A stretch of DNA of 63,326 bases, filler included, from Catajapyx aquilonaris (taxonomy: Eukaryota): NCBI GenBank assembly GCA_000934665.2. It is 3 parts of 3 records of this genome, joined end to end, with 100 filler letters (N's around TTAATTAATTAA, not from the genome) between each part and the next. Parts side by side here need not be neighbours in the genome. Positions count along the whole stretch, not along the records: positions 42,351 to 63,326 come from JYFJ02006156.1; 2 more parts are not named here. One strand, 5' to 3'. The notes beneath the pieces were generated by a model that saw nothing but the letters and a program-made list of their open reading frames with translations, had not been told where the DNA came from and made no database searches. How positions within the stretch are numbered: position 1 is the stretch's first letter; every line of letters begins with the position of its first letter. The translations under genes and the position numbers were made by a program. Below are positions 61,068-63,326 of this stretch, in pieces.

Positions 61068-62779
61068 TCATGCTTTGTCTCCTGTATGAATTCGCATATG
61101 CAATTTCAAATTATATGAATTACTCAGCTTTTTCTGGCACACCTCACAAGTGAATGGTTGGTCACCTGTGTGCATATGCATGTGAATTCTCAACCTGCTT
61201 GATACACGAAATTTTTGGCCACACATCTCGCAAGTAAATGGTTTTTCTCCTGTATGAATTCGCATGTGAGTTTTCAAATGATTTGAATCACGGAACCTTT
61301 TCTGGCACACCTCACAAGGGAATGGTTTGTCTCCTGTATGAATTTGCATGTGAGTTTTCAAATGACTGGAATAACGGCACTTTTTCTGGCACACCTCACA
61401 AGTGTACGGTTTGTCTCCTGTATGGACTTGCATGTGACACTTCAAGTTTGATGAATTACAAAATCCTTTCTGGCACACCTCACAAGTGAATGGTTTTTCT
61501 CCCGTATGAATTGTCATATGCAATTTCAAATTATACGAATTACTCAGCTTTTTCTGACACACCTCACAAGTGAATGGTTTTTCTCCCCTATGGATTTGCC
61601 TATGCTTTTTCAAATCACTGGAATCCCGGAACTTTTTCTGGCATACCTCACAAATGAAAGGTCTTTCTCCTGTATGAATTTGCACGTGCTTTTTCATACT
61701 ATACGTATCACAAAACTTTTTCTCGCACACCTCACAAGAAAATGGTTTTTCTCCCGTATGAATTTGCATATGCTTTTTCAAATTACTGGAATCACAGAAC
61801 TTTTTATGGCACACCTCACAAACGAATGGTTTTTCTCCCGTATGAATTTGCATATGCTTTTTCAGAGCACGTGAATCATGAAATCTTTTTTGGCACACCT
61901 CACAAACGAATGATTTTTCTCCCGTATGAATTTGCATATGCTTTTTCAGAGTACATGAATCACCAAATATTTTCTGGCAAACATTGCAGGATTTCTTTTT
62001 ACTATGAGTTATGAGGTGTACTTTAACAGCACGCAGGCTACCAAATATTTTCTGGCATATTCCGCACTCAAATGGGTGTCTTCCATCACATATTCCCCTG
62101 CTCCTATCATCCTGGATGCCTTTCTCTTCTATGCCGCCTTCAGTTCTCGGTTGCACAACCTGGAATGTTAATTTCCGGTACATTAATTTCTCTGCTTCTG
62201 CTTCACACCGCTTCCAGACACAACTTTGAAGCTGACGTGTTCCTGTATTGGAGCCACCATGAGGTACTACAACAGGCATCTCTTTTTTGTTCAAATTTTC
62301 GTTACAAAAACCGACTAATCCACTCTTTGCAGCAAAAATCGACATATCCACAGCAACTATTCCTGAAACTACGACTTGACGATGTGGATCAGTTTCTTGT
62401 AAAAGCTCATCATATGCAGCATCCACATAAGTAGCAGATGGACTTGGGCCAGTCTTTAATATAAATTAACTTCAGCACCACAGCTTTTTCTCATTATCCG
62501 GGAACCATTTATCTTGGAATTATCGGGTTTCGGAAGAAGCGCCTGCCTCGGTGCTTGATTTGGATTGAGGATTTTGTGTGACTTTTGTGCGAAATTATAC
62601 TGCAATTTCAGCTGGTGGCTTACCCCACTAGTCCTTCCTGAACCAACTGCCCAATGGTCATCTTCAACCACATTGGACGTGTCCACCACCATCTCCTCCT
62701 CCTCCTCTGCCTCCTTCTTGATCTCGAGGACAGTGTCTTCCACGAGAGTAGAGCCACCATCAAAGCAAGAAGGGTGATC
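61068..62779 (-). CDS. ZNF-F: C2H2 zinc-finger protein (12 fingers), 5'-incomplete or interrupted
   Basis: Finger exon 61068-62159 (ttccag|GTT GTG CAA) and the 3' half of the acidic exon 62624-~62779 (PSCFDGGSTLVEDTVLEIKKE...GRTSG|gtaagc). Paralogy stops near 62774, with an in-frame TAG at 62780-62782. Confidence 0.8.
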
Positions 62780-63326
62780 CTAGAAGGGGTATCCTATATC
62801 ATCCTATATCATGAAATACTACGTGTCAAAGCTCTGATCAGTCCGGGTTGTCACAGTTACGACATCAGTTATCGACATTGCAACAGCAGTTGCAATAACC
62901 ATTGTGTTAGATTCAAGATGTCAACAGGTTTCGCAAGACGAGGAATGTACAACAGCATTATTACGCAGGTTAAGGAGATAACGGAACGATATATAAAGAG
63001 ACCATAAAATATCAACAGCAGAACGGCTAGAGGTAGCTCGGGCTGACGAGCTACCGCTATGTAATATCAAAATGTAAGGGGTTACCCCCAGTACTGTAAA
63101 CCATTATCATTACCAATATATATATATATTACTTGTTATTAACTGCATCATTGTTCTATCCCCCGCACCCAACGAACCGACCGAACGAACGGTCACATTG
63201 GCGTCATGAACAGTTTTGGGGTCGCGATTTTTTTTTTGTAAGGGGAAATAGAACCGCGTTAGAGTCAGTGAAGCGCGTTCGCGAAGCAACGGAGAGACAA
63301 CACGTGAAGAGAACATCACAAATGCA

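Noticed and set aside
44378..62159. Regular 84-bp periodic repeats with variable cores, superficially CRISPR-like
   Set aside because: They are C2H2 finger codons (28 aa units) in spliced eukaryotic genes; no cas genes.

Overview
Animal genomic DNA, most likely an arthropod (the extradenticle exon is arthropod-like; the species cannot be fixed from the sequence). The window is three contigs joined by artificial 100-nt spacers (N44-TTAATTAATTAA-N44 at 20994-21093 and 42251-42350), so adjacency across the gaps is unproven. Contig 1 (1-20993) holds one internal exon of extradenticle/PBX (10462-10712, minus) in long introns with no recognisable transposons and dense TALE/Hox motif clusters, including a strong TGACAG (Hth/Meis) cluster. 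Contig 2 (21094-42250) holds a nest of DNA transposons, MITEs and tRNA-SINEs, an interrupted SAMD3-like spliced pseudogene, a ~1 kb foldback palindrome, and a five-exon Rfx gene with many substitutions at normally invariant residues and an in-frame TAA just before its NLS-like tail. Contig 3 (42351-63326) is a head-to-tail array of six minus-strand C2H2 zinc-finger genes (here ZNF-A to ZNF-F). Each has an acidic exon rich in SUMO-consensus motifs spliced in phase 0 to one 8-12-finger exon (ZNF-A's finger exon is not in the window), and five share a conserved promoter cassette. The array shows a likely unequal-crossover chimera, finger gain and loss, and a probable Tc1/mariner excision footprint. 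It is the best candidate here for an undescribed system: a KRAB/ZAD-analogous, rapidly evolving ZNF family.
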